Part shown: piece by piece, positions 43,409 to 51,622 of the stretch | Layout: each line of letters begins with the position of its first letter | How positions within the stretch are numbered: the first letter of the stretch is position 1 | Source: Candidatus Latescibacterota bacterium | Lineage (GTDB): Bacteria > Latescibacterota > UBA2968 > UBA8231 | Direction of reading: 5' to 3' | Assembly: GCA_965242865.1 (NCBI GenBank) | Contig: CBDETK010000013.1 | Location: forward strand, 4,512,001 to 4,576,000 | DNA length: 64,000 nt | Made by a program: the position numbers and the translations under genes | The notes under the pieces: model-generated | Databases searched by the model: none | The model's input: only the letters and a program-made list of their open reading frames with translations | Told to the model about the DNA's origin: nothing

Positions 43409-43618
43409 ATGTTGGAAATTCACAAGTACTATGTCCTCGACGAAAACCAAACTCCAATCGCCGTGCAGATTCCGCTGGCGGAATTTGAGCGTCTCGAAGA
43501 AGCCATAGAAAATTATGGCCTCGCGCAGCTAATGAACGAAGTACAAGACGAGGAACGTCTTACCGGCGAAGACGCCTATAATCACTATATGTCGATGTCG
43601 GCAGCCTCCCGCCTGTGA
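43409..43618 (+). CDS. Small antitoxin-like protein (orphan)
   Basis: 69 aa with AGGAG RBS; YVLDEN..PIAVQIP..EFERLEE..ENYGL resembles small type II antitoxins that normally precede RelE/ParE genes. Confidence 0.55.
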   Translation: MLEIHKYYVLDENQTPIAVQIPLAEFERLEEAIENYGLAQLMNEVQDEERLTGEDAYNHYMSMSAASRL

Positions 43619-43729
43619 CGCAGACCATTCTCGTCTGCGATTTACCGCCCTCCACTCCACATCAACACACCCCAACTGTCCGCTGGCGAACACCTGTTGT
43701 TCGCTGACGGACAGGGATGGTCCGCTAAA

Positions 43730-43894
43730 CGCGATGATTCGACGCACTTGTGCGATGTATCAAGGGCCTGCAAGACGAGCGAGAAAATTATCTTATTTTT
43801 TATAACGCATTGTTTAACAGTTATTTATGCTTTATGCCGCCAAAAAACAGGCGCGATTGGCGGCCATTGGGCCCCTCATTGGCACGATTGTTGC
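43730..43894 (+). promoter_or_regulatory. Sigma54 promoter + enhancer, copy A (second enhancer site truncated)
   Basis: TGGCACG-attg-TTGC at 43880-43894; upstream gcgatgattcgacgcacttgtgcgatgtatc; AT-rich IHF-like tract between. Confidence 0.88.
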
Positions 43895-43945
43895 AAATAA
43901 TGCTTGCAGAAGCAACAACCGCACTCTTCCACCAAGGAGGGCATC

Positions 43946-44743
43946 ATGCAACCCATAGCCATTCGCATCCTGTGCGTCGCCCTGCTCGCTGTCTCCAGCG
44001 CAGCGGCCGTTGAGACCAAGTACCCGCACGGCGGCTTCGCGCCCCGCCTCGACAAACTCCAGAGCTTGCTGGCTTACATCCACACCGCCGAGAAGATCGA
44101 GGTCAAAGCTGGCCCGGCGTTGTGGCAGGCGGTCGAAGCCATCCCCATCGCCACCGGCGTCCCGATCACGCCCGAGCAAGAAGCCGACCTGCGCAACTGG
44201 CTCTACGACTTTCTGGTCGCCTTTTCCGCCTCTGGCAACGACAGCCTCGCCGCCCAGTTCTACCTCCGCGAGGGCATCAACAACCCTACGGCCCTGAAGC
44301 ACATAAAGGAGACCTTAGCATCTTGGGGCATTCCCCAAGACGACACGCCCTTTGACCTCTTGCAGGCCATGCACCGCGCCGTACTCGACGCCCAAGGCTA
44401 CGAATACCGCTTTGGCCACGCCTTCTTCCGCCACAGCACCTTCAAGGTGTTTGAGATGCAGGGCCGCTATGAACCTTATCGGGCGTATCTGCGGAATGTC
44501 GTCAAGGCTAGGTTCAAATTGCAGCAAGAGGTGGAAGCGGCACTGCGCGCCGGCGAGAAGCGGGTTTTCGCGGACATCGCGTTTGTCGCCGAAGAGCCGG
44601 CCGAGGGCGCCGGGTCGGAAGGGCCGGTTTGCACTCCCTTCTTCTGTCGGCTGGTCTGGGATTCAGAGCGGGCGATGTGGCGCTTTGTAGAGGTCTTCTA
44701 CACCTCCAAGCGGCCAAATCCCTTTCTCTTTTCGGCCATGTAA
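43946..44743 (+). CDS. Secreted protein of unknown family, paralog 1
   Basis: Signal peptide AAA|VE; family motifs HGGF, LRNWLYDFLVAFSASG.DSLAAQFYLREG, RLVWD...MWR.VEVF. Confidence 0.85.
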   Translation: MQPIAIRILCVALLAVSSAAAVETKYPHGGFAPRLDKLQSLLAYIHTAEKIEVKAGPALWQAVEAIPIATGVPITPEQEADLRNWLYDFLVAFSASGNDSLAAQFYLREGINNPTALKHIKETLASWGIPQDDTPFDLLQAMHRAVLDAQGYEYRFGHAFFRHSTFKVFEMQGRYEPYRAYLRNVVKARFKLQQEVEAALRAGEKRVFADIAFVAEEPAEGAGSEGPVCTPFFCRLVWDSERAMWRFVEVFYTSKRPNPFLFSAM

Positions 44744-44815
44744 TCGAAATGCAAAACCTATCCTGCCCCGGAGTGATGGCTTAATCGCCGCCATTCCGGG
44801 GCCGCTTAACGGAAC

Positions 44816-44875
44816 TTGGTAGAGGCCTTCGCGCCGAATGACGCGCCGGTTCTCTTTTTGTTTAAGTCCACGTAA
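44816..44875 (+). pseudogene. C-terminal relic of an additional paralog
   Basis: LVEAFAPNDAPVLFLFKST* matches the paralog 5 end LVEIFASNDAPVLFVFKAL*. Confidence 0.75.
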
Positions 44876-44978
44876 GCTTGGAGGCCGCTTCAATTGCCCT
44901 AGGAGCCACACCAGCGGGGCGTCGTCTCGTTAGCAGGCGACGCCCCGTCGCAATCAACCAGCCCAAGCCGAAACCTCC

Positions 44979-45125
44979 ATCCCTATCGCCGCCACTGGGG
45001 GCGGCGACTGCGGGGGGGGCGCCGCCGCCCATTCCGCATCAACCACCGCGTCAGACGATACGCAAAAAATAGCAACGATCCCCCTCCCCTAGTGGTCGCC
45101 GCCCCTAGTGGCGGCGATGGGGACA
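44979..45125. repeat. Inverted pair of GC-rich REP-like palindromes
   Basis: tcgccgccactgggggcggcga (44986-45007) and inverted tcgccgcccctagtggcggcga (45096-45117); third copy at 54700. Confidence 0.75.
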
Positions 45126-45322
45126 TGCGATGTTTCGACGCACTTGTGCGATATATCCGCGCACTTTTAGGCCATCGAGAGCGCATTCAAAGGGCTTGAA
45201 AGACGGGAGAGAAAATTAGCGCATTTTTTTATAACATATTGTATAACAGGTAGTTATGAACATTATACCAAAGAAATCGACGCGATTATCACCCGCTGGT
45301 CGCCTATTGGCACGATAATTGC
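45126..45322 (+). promoter_or_regulatory. Sigma54 promoter + paired enhancer, copy B
   Basis: tgcgatgtttcgacgca (45126) and tgcgatatatccgcgca (45147); TGGCACG-ataa-TTGC at 45308-45322. Confidence 0.92.
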
Positions 45323-45381
45323 AATAATACTCACTGAAACGACAACCGGCACTCTCCACAGCAACAAAAAGGAGGTAATTT

Positions 45382-45458
45382 ATGAAGCACATCGTCCTAC
45401 TGGCTTGGGGCTTGCGGCCCTAGCGGCCAGTGCTTCCTCTCGGAGATCGCCTCCGAGA
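45382..45458 (+). promoter_or_regulatory. Leader element 1: uORF MKHIVLLAWGLRP* (45382-45423) + hairpin
   Basis: GGAGGT RBS; hairpin tctcggag-atcgc-ctccgaga at 45438-45458; homologs at 50332 and 51880. Confidence 0.6.
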
Positions 45459-45488
45459 CAACGCAGCAATTCTGAAAAGGAGTTCATC

Positions 45489-45698
45489 ATGAAACTGCAC
45501 ATCATCCGGCTGGCCATTGGCTTCACGGCCTTGGTCGCCGGCTTCCTGCCGCAGAAGGCGCAGGCACTGAATGAGTGCGATGCCAAATGCGGGGGATTTT
45601 TGGGCTTTGGTGCTAACAGGTGCAGCATATCGAGCCATGATAAGGATGTTAGGTGCTACTGCAACTCTGACAACAAGCCGGTATGCGAAATCGCCTAA
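45489..45698 (+). CDS. Secreted six-cysteine peptide 1 (69 aa; predicted 43 aa mature)
   Basis: AAGGAG RBS; MKLHIIRLAIGFTALVAGFLPQKAQA|LNECDAKCGGFLGFGANRCSISSHDKDVRCYCNSDNKPVCEIA; paralog at 51989. Confidence 0.88.
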   Translation: MKLHIIRLAIGFTALVAGFLPQKAQALNECDAKCGGFLGFGANRCSISSHDKDVRCYCNSDNKPVCEIA

Positions 45699-45825
45699 CG
45701 CATGAGTGTGCATTCCAACGCCTTGGGTAGTGGTTACTCGCCTATACCCAAGGGCAACCCAACAGGCGGCGGGTGGTTCTGACCGCTCGCCGCCCTAATA
45801 CCATACCAAGAACAAGGAGAATACC

Positions 45826-46656
45826 ATGAAACCCTTAGCCATTCGTATCTTGTCCGTCGCCCTGATCGCCGTCGCCAGCACAGCCATGGCCGAGCCTACA
45901 TCCCAATACGGCGGCTTTTCGTCCGACGTCGACAGCCTCCAGTTCTTCTACGACTATATCCACGGTCAAGAGATGATGAAGGTCGAGGCCGGTGATGAAT
46001 TGCGGCGTGCGATAGAGGCCATCCCCGTTGACTTGGGTACTGCCATCGATCTGGAGCAAGAAGCCGGGCTGCGCGATTGGCTCTACGATTTTCTCGTCGC
46101 CTTTTCGGCTTCGGGCAGCGATAGTCTCGCCGTTGCATTTTACATGCGAGAGGGGGCAACCAACTCCGACCTGATAGAGCAGGTGAGCAAGGAGGCCAAG
46201 AGTCAGGGAATCCTAACAGGCGATACCGACACGCCCCTTGCTTTCTTCCACAGCTTTCACAAGGTCGTGCTCAACATGGCAGAGCGCGATTATTTCTTCG
46301 CCAATGTGTCTTTCTTCGACAGCGTGTTCAAGGTGTTTGATATGCAGGAAGAATACGATAGCTATGAGTCCTACCTTGATACTCATGGCATGCTTCCCAA
46401 AGGCAGAGTGTTCTTCGAGCATATCAAACTACGGGAAGACGTCGAAAAACGCTTGCAGGGCGGTCCCCCCTTGGTCTTTGCCGACGTCATGTTCATCGTC
46501 GAGGAGCCCGAAGAGTTTACCACGTTTGAGACCCCGGGACGCACCCCGACCTTTTTTCGGCTACTCTGGGACGAAGAGCAGGCGATGTGGCGCCATGTAG
46601 AGGTCTATTTCAGCCATGGTGTGCCGCATGCGTTTCTTCTGTTCAACTTCATGTAA
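45826..46656 (+). CDS. Secreted protein of unknown family, paralog 2
   Basis: Signal peptide AMA|EP; YGGFSS, LRDWLYDFLVAFSASGSDSLA, RLLWD...MWRHVEVYF. Confidence 0.88.
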   Translation: MKPLAIRILSVALIAVASTAMAEPTSQYGGFSSDVDSLQFFYDYIHGQEMMKVEAGDELRRAIEAIPVDLGTAIDLEQEAGLRDWLYDFLVAFSASGSDSLAVAFYMREGATNSDLIEQVSKEAKSQGILTGDTDTPLAFFHSFHKVVLNMAERDYFFANVSFFDSVFKVFDMQEEYDSYESYLDTHGMLPKGRVFFEHIKLREDVEKRLQGGPPLVFADVMFIVEEPEEFTTFETPGRTPTFFRLLWDEEQAMWRHVEVYFSHGVPHAFLLFNFM

Positions 46657-46689
46657 TCCATCCTTACCACTAACGCGGGAGGAAAGATC

Positions 46690-47631
46690 ATGAACAAGCT
46701 AACGCTAAAAGCAGCGGTCGTAGCCGCCGTGCTCGGCACGAGCTGGACTCATGCCGACGAACTGCCGCAGACCGCCGAGTACGGCACCACCTACGACAGC
46801 GAGGGCACAGCCGGCCAAGTACGCTTTGTCGCACCCTACGACATGGAGATCGTCGCGGCTGAACCCGGCTGCGGCTGCACCGGCGTCGAGTTCCCCCAAG
46901 GGCTGTTGAAGGCCGGCGAATCTTACGCCATTTCCTATCAGATCGATACTCGGGGTCGCGCCGGGGCCTTTGCCTCCAGCATTGACTTCCGAGTGGCAGA
47001 CCAAGCCGACAAATGGCAGTTGCGATTGGAAGGCCAAGTTGTGCCCATGCTGCCCGGCAAGTTGCACTTAGGGACGATTCGAGGCGACGACCTAGCCTCC
47101 ATTATCCAACGCATTCCCCTTGTGCAGATCGACGGGCAGCCGCGCCAAATTCGCCAAGTCCAAGTCGCGGGAAAAGGCATCGAGGCAGCGGTGGTAGAAG
47201 GCGGCACCGCCCTAGCAATCGCCCCGGCAGCGGACCTGACGTGGGGAGATCGGATCATCGCCACCATTGAAGCGACGATTGCTGGCGAGAGCGAAGAGTA
47301 CGCCCGTTCCATCCAAGTGCGCGGACGGGTCAGCCCCCGCTTTAGTCTAGCACCACAGAGCGCGTCCTTCGGAGTGGGTGCCGCGCAACGGCGCGAGACG
47401 CTCCAAGTGCGCGTGGGCTTGCCTGCCGAGTTCGCCGACGCGCCCGTACAGACATCGCCTGTGTGCGACGAGGTGCAACTCGACATCGCATACCAACGGG
47501 AAGCCGACCATACCTTAGTCGTCCAGATCGGCAATGCGAGCGATTTCCCCGCTGGTACGCTCCACTGTGGGGTAGAAGTGCAAATCGGCGCGGAGCAGGT
47601 GCTGATACCCGTGCTGGCCCTGACGCGATAA
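46690..47631 (+). CDS. Secreted DUF1573-like (CGC motif) Ig-fold protein
   Basis: Signal peptide THA|D; EIVAAEPGCGCT..FPQGLLKAGES..I...DT.G..G pattern characteristic of DUF1573, followed by beta-rich repeats. Confidence 0.7.
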   Translation: MNKLTLKAAVVAAVLGTSWTHADELPQTAEYGTTYDSEGTAGQVRFVAPYDMEIVAAEPGCGCTGVEFPQGLLKAGESYAISYQIDTRGRAGAFASSIDFRVADQADKWQLRLEGQVVPMLPGKLHLGTIRGDDLASIIQRIPLVQIDGQPRQIRQVQVAGKGIEAAVVEGGTALAIAPAADLTWGDRIIATIEATIAGESEEYARSIQVRGRVSPRFSLAPQSASFGVGAAQRRETLQVRVGLPAEFADAPVQTSPVCDEVQLDIAYQREADHTLVVQIGNASDFPAGTLHCGVEVQIGAEQVLIPVLALTR

Positions 47632-47641
47632 GGAGGCCACC

Positions 47642-48643
47642 ATGACGACCAAAACAACCAAGGCGTGGACCCAGCTCAAATGGGGCCATACCTGCCGCAA
47701 AAAGGGACAACGCGAGCAAGCGACCGCCCACTACCGAACAGCGCGGCGGCTCTTTCGCGCCGGGCCGTGCCAAAAGGGGCTTTTTGCCGCTTGCACCCAA
47801 CTCGGCCACTACTGGGAGATCGCCGGCGACCTCAACCAATCGCTGCGGTATTTCCAAGAGGCATTGGCCGCCTGCTCGCCGAGCCGCGTCCCGTGCGATA
47901 CAGCCGAGGCCGAAGGCAACGTCGGCTTCATCAAGCAAGGCCAAGCCCGCTTTGCCGAAGCGGCAACGCACTACCGCAAGGCCATGCAGTACGCCCAAGC
48001 AGGCGGCGATGCCGCTCTCGCGGCCAAGATGGCTAACAATATGGGCAACCTCTACATACAGCAGAACGACTTAGAGGCAGCCCAACAGTGGCTCCAGCAC
48101 AGCCGCGCCCTCTACGGCAACGACGTGCCGGGCAACCTACTCAACGGCTTGGGGCAACTGGCCCTGCGCCGCGGCGACCCGGAGCAGGCCCTGCACCATT
48201 TCACGGCCGGACTCGCGGCGGCCCGACAGCAAGGGACGCCCCTTGAAGTGGCCCTGCAACTTAGCTGTATCGCCTCGGTCTGCCGCGACTTAGGCCATAC
48301 AGACCGCGCCCTGAGCAGCGGCAATGAAGCCTTGAGTATCTACGTGACACAAGGGCATGCACACGGTCGCTGTAACATGGCGTCGCTGCTGGCCGATCTC
48401 TACATGACCGCCGGCGACTTAAAAATGGCGCAACAGCATATACAGGGGTCTATGGACCTGTGCCATCAGTTGGGGAACGCGCAGATGCAGGCTTTTAATC
48501 ACGTGTCCTTGGGCAATCTGTACGCACGACAAGATGGCGACAAGCGGCGGGCGATGGCCGAATGGATAGCGGCGTTGCGCCTGTTTAAGCAGCTCGGCAT
48601 GGAGATGCAGAGCCAAGCGGTCATTAGGGCCATGGCCGCGTAG
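47642..48643 (+). CDS. Tetratricopeptide repeat protein (no obvious signal peptide)
   Basis: Repeated LG/NMGNLY..QG..A...Y/F..AL helical units over 333 aa. Confidence 0.88.
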   Translation: MTTKTTKAWTQLKWGHTCRKKGQREQATAHYRTARRLFRAGPCQKGLFAACTQLGHYWEIAGDLNQSLRYFQEALAACSPSRVPCDTAEAEGNVGFIKQGQARFAEAATHYRKAMQYAQAGGDAALAAKMANNMGNLYIQQNDLEAAQQWLQHSRALYGNDVPGNLLNGLGQLALRRGDPEQALHHFTAGLAAARQQGTPLEVALQLSCIASVCRDLGHTDRALSSGNEALSIYVTQGHAHGRCNMASLLADLYMTAGDLKMAQQHIQGSMDLCHQLGNAQMQAFNHVSLGNLYARQDGDKRRAMAEWIAALRLFKQLGMEMQSQAVIRAMAA

Positions 48644-48685
48644 CAAAGGCAATAATCCACTCCTCAAACCTACAGGAGCCGCACC

Positions 48686-50257
48686 ATGATCGGCATTGTG
48701 TTCCAAAAAGAGATGCTCAGCCACCTGATCAGCCAGCGTTTTGCCGCTTGCACCGCCCTCGCTGTGGTGCTCATCATCGCCAACGGTATACTCACCAGCC
48801 AGATTTATGTCCAGAAAAGGGGCAGCTATTTCACTCAACGTGCTGTTGAGGAGACCAAACTGCCCGAAATCACGTATTATTCGGTTCTAGGCTCAGACTT
48901 CAACAGTTCCGACAGGGTTCCACTCTTCGACGAGGCGGCGCCGCGCGCCTTACGGCCCCCGCGCCCCTTAGAGGTGTTTGCCCAAGGCGTCGAACAAGAG
49001 GTGGGACAGGCCGTCAAGGTCCTGCTCTTTGAGGTGCCCTACCAAACCGAGGCTATCGCGTCCTCCGAGTCGATCAATCCCTACCTCGCCATCTTTGCCT
49101 CCTTTGACGTGGTGTACATCTTCCAGCTCGTGCTCAGCCTGCTGGCCATTCTCATCGCCAGTGAGACCATCTCCGGCGAGAAGGAGGACGGCACGTTGCG
49201 GCTGATGCTAACGACCAACGTCAGCCGCGCCCAAGTCCTCGCTGGCAAAATCCTCGCCGGCCTGACCACGCTGGCCATTCCAACCGCTCTCGGCTTTATC
49301 CTGCTGACGATCTTGCTGTTGGGCACGGAGTATATCGAAGTCGGGACCGGCGAGTGGGCGCGGTTGGGGCTGCTGTTCGCGCTGTCGCTTTTGTATCTGC
49401 TGGTGTTCTATCTGATTGGGTTGGTGATCTCGTGCGCCACGCACCGCTCGGCCACCAGCTTGATCGTCGCGCTGTTTGCGTGGGCCTTGCTGGCGATTGT
49501 GCTGCCCGACAGTATCACGGCCTTGCTCAACGAGCAGGCCAACATGGGCGAAAAACACAAGCAAGCTCATCACAAGGCCGCGCAGGTGTGGAATAAGTTC
49601 GACCAAGAGGTCGCCGATCTCGCTCGGGCGCACAGCCAGATCCAGTACCCTCCTGTACAGATGGTTGAGCAGTTCACGCACCCGGTTCGCGGAGCGGAAA
49701 TCACCTTTTCGTTCCCTGGCGAATACTCTTACAGTAACGAGCAGGCACCCGCTCTCTATCTCTCTAGTGTGGTCGATTCGCCCTCGCTCGCCGAGTTCCA
49801 AGACATCATCCGCACCGGCGAGCGGTTGCGCCTGAAGTACGCCCAGCGCGCTTGGAACGCCAAAGCCCCCTTGCTCGAAAACTTCCCCCGCCGCATCCAA
49901 CGCTGGAACGGCTGGCTCCAACGCCTCTTGCCCGCCGGTGCGTACGCCCAAGCCGCCAGTGCTTTCGCCGGCACCAGCCGACGCGAATACTACGACTTTA
50001 TCGACCAAGCCCGCACCTATCGCGGGCAAGTCATCGCCTTTCTCGAAGAGCGCGATGCGTTTGGCTCTCGCGAGTGGTTCAACGACGATCCCGGCTGGCG
50101 AGCCGACCTGCGCGACCTGCCGCGGTTTAACGAGCGCGGCTGGACCGTCGCCCAGAGCCTGAGCCATGCCTTGCCTGATCTAACGGCCCTGCTGCTGTAT
50201 GCGACCGTGCTCTTTGGCCTCGCCAACCGACTCTTTGGGCGCTACGACGCCAAATGA
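48686..50257 (+). CDS. ABC-2 type transporter permease, paralog A1
   Basis: IVFQKE start, ETISGEKEDGTLRLML.TNVSR..VLAGK, about 6 TM segments with large extracytoplasmic loops. Confidence 0.85.
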   Translation: MIGIVFQKEMLSHLISQRFAACTALAVVLIIANGILTSQIYVQKRGSYFTQRAVEETKLPEITYYSVLGSDFNSSDRVPLFDEAAPRALRPPRPLEVFAQGVEQEVGQAVKVLLFEVPYQTEAIASSESINPYLAIFASFDVVYIFQLVLSLLAILIASETISGEKEDGTLRLMLTTNVSRAQVLAGKILAGLTTLAIPTALGFILLTILLLGTEYIEVGTGEWARLGLLFALSLLYLLVFYLIGLVISCATHRSATSLIVALFAWALLAIVLPDSITALLNEQANMGEKHKQAHHKAAQVWNKFDQEVADLARAHSQIQYPPVQMVEQFTHPVRGAEITFSFPGEYSYSNEQAPALYLSSVVDSPSLAEFQDIIRTGERLRLKYAQRAWNAKAPLLENFPRRIQRWNGWLQRLLPAGAYAQAASAFAGTSRREYYDFIDQARTYRGQVIAFLEERDAFGSREWFNDDPGWRADLRDLPRFNERGWTVAQSLSHALPDLTALLLYATVLFGLANRLFGRYDAK

Positions 50258-50331
50258 GGGGCCTGAAATTTTCTAACCTTTTTTTACGGCAACGTCATTA
50301 CTTACTTACAGACAGAACGGAGGTAACGCTT

Positions 50332-50407
50332 ATGAAGCACATCGTCTCAACGGGCTTGGGCTCGCAGCCCTAATAGCCCGTGCTTCCCCTCGGAGATCGC
50401 CTCCGAG
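50332..50407 (+). promoter_or_regulatory. Leader element 2: uORF MKHIVSTGLGSQP* (50332-50373) + hairpin
   Basis: GGAGGT RBS; ctcggag-atcgc-ctccgag at 50389-50407; no peptide gene follows. Confidence 0.6.
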
Positions 50408-50448
50408 ACAACGCAGTAAACCCGAAAAGCAACTCAGAAGAGGTCCAG

Positions 50449-51273
50449 ATGAAAACTTTGTATTTCGCCCTAATCGCCGCTTGGTTCGCTGTCGCCAGCG
50501 TCCCTGCCGAGCCGAAAACCCAGTACGGCGGTTACTCCATGCACCCCGACAGCATCCAAGCCTCTCTCCAAGCCTTTCACGATTATGCCAACAGCTTAGA
50601 GATGATAAACGTCGAGGCCGGGGACGAGTTGCAGCAGGCCATCGCCGGCATCCCCGTCAAGGGGGACACTCCCATCACTCCCGCGCAAGAAGCCGACCTG
50701 CACACCTATCTCTACGATTTCTTAGTCGCCTTTTCGGTTTCGAGTAGCGACAGCCTCGCCGCCGCGTTTTACCTCCGCGAGGGCGTCAATAACCCCGAAG
50801 GGATAGAGAAGTTAAAAAACGAGCTTGCAAGCGAGGGCCTTCTAAAAGGCGATACGCCTTTTGACATCCTCAAAGCGGGACACCGGCAACTCCTCGATAG
50901 GCATGACTGCGATTACTACTTGGGAAAGGTATCCTTTTTCGACAGCGCGTTTGAGGTGTCCGAGAGGCAGGCCGAGTATAGCTCTTATTTCAGGTCTCTC
51001 ATGGGCCGCGGCATGTTTCCACCTGGGGCCGGTTCGGGTACCTTTGCTAAAATGAAGAGCGAGGTCCAAGAGCACCTGCAAGCGGGCAAACCGCAGACCT
51101 TTGTGGAGGTCATGTTCATCGTCGAAGAGCCCGAAGAGTTCGCCGCCTTTGAGGGAGCAGCGCACTTCCCGTTCTTCCTCCGCATCGCTTGGGATCCAGA
51201 CAAGACTATGTGGCGTCATGTCGAGATCATTTACGGCCTCGGGAGGCCGTATTTTCTGTTCAGTTACATCTAG
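50449..51273 (+). CDS. Secreted protein of unknown family, paralog 3
   Basis: MKTLYFALIAAWFAVASVPA|EP; YLYDFLVAFSVSSSDSLAAAFYLREG; RIAWDP..MWRHVE. Confidence 0.88.
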   Translation: MKTLYFALIAAWFAVASVPAEPKTQYGGYSMHPDSIQASLQAFHDYANSLEMINVEAGDELQQAIAGIPVKGDTPITPAQEADLHTYLYDFLVAFSVSSSDSLAAAFYLREGVNNPEGIEKLKNELASEGLLKGDTPFDILKAGHRQLLDRHDCDYYLGKVSFFDSAFEVSERQAEYSSYFRSLMGRGMFPPGAGSGTFAKMKSEVQEHLQAGKPQTFVEVMFIVEEPEEFAAFEGAAHFPFFLRIAWDPDKTMWRHVEIIYGLGRPYFLFSYI

Positions 51274-51342
51274 GCATAGGTATGCGCTGGGCCGCGTCTT
51301 CCCACGTGAAGGCGGCGGCCCGGTATTTTCTGTTTTCCCTCA

Positions 51343-51468
51343 ATGCTAGCAGCCATTGTAAAACGGGAACTGATCGATCTCCTCATCAGCCTGCGCCTTG
51401 GCTTAGCCCTCGTGCTGACCGTAGGGCTGAGCTGGCCTACCGAGCGTGGCTGCACACCAGCATCGTAA
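51343..51468 (+). pseudogene. Internally deleted remnant of a type-B ABC-2 permease
   Basis: First ~88 nt match the start of 53166 (atgctagc.gccattgtaaaacg.gaactgatcgat..gtagggctga), fused directly to its last ~36 nt (gctggcctaccgagc.tggct.c.c.ccagcatcgt). Confidence 0.88.
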
Positions 51469-51622
51469 CCAGCCCAAGACCGAAATCTCCGCCCGTCAGC
51501 CCACCTCCACCGCATCTTTGCCGCCCGTTCCGCATCAACCACCGCGTCAGACGATAAGCAGAATATAGCAGCGATCCCCTTCAACGCAGCCGAACCTGCG
51601 CCGCAACCAACCGCCATGCCTG

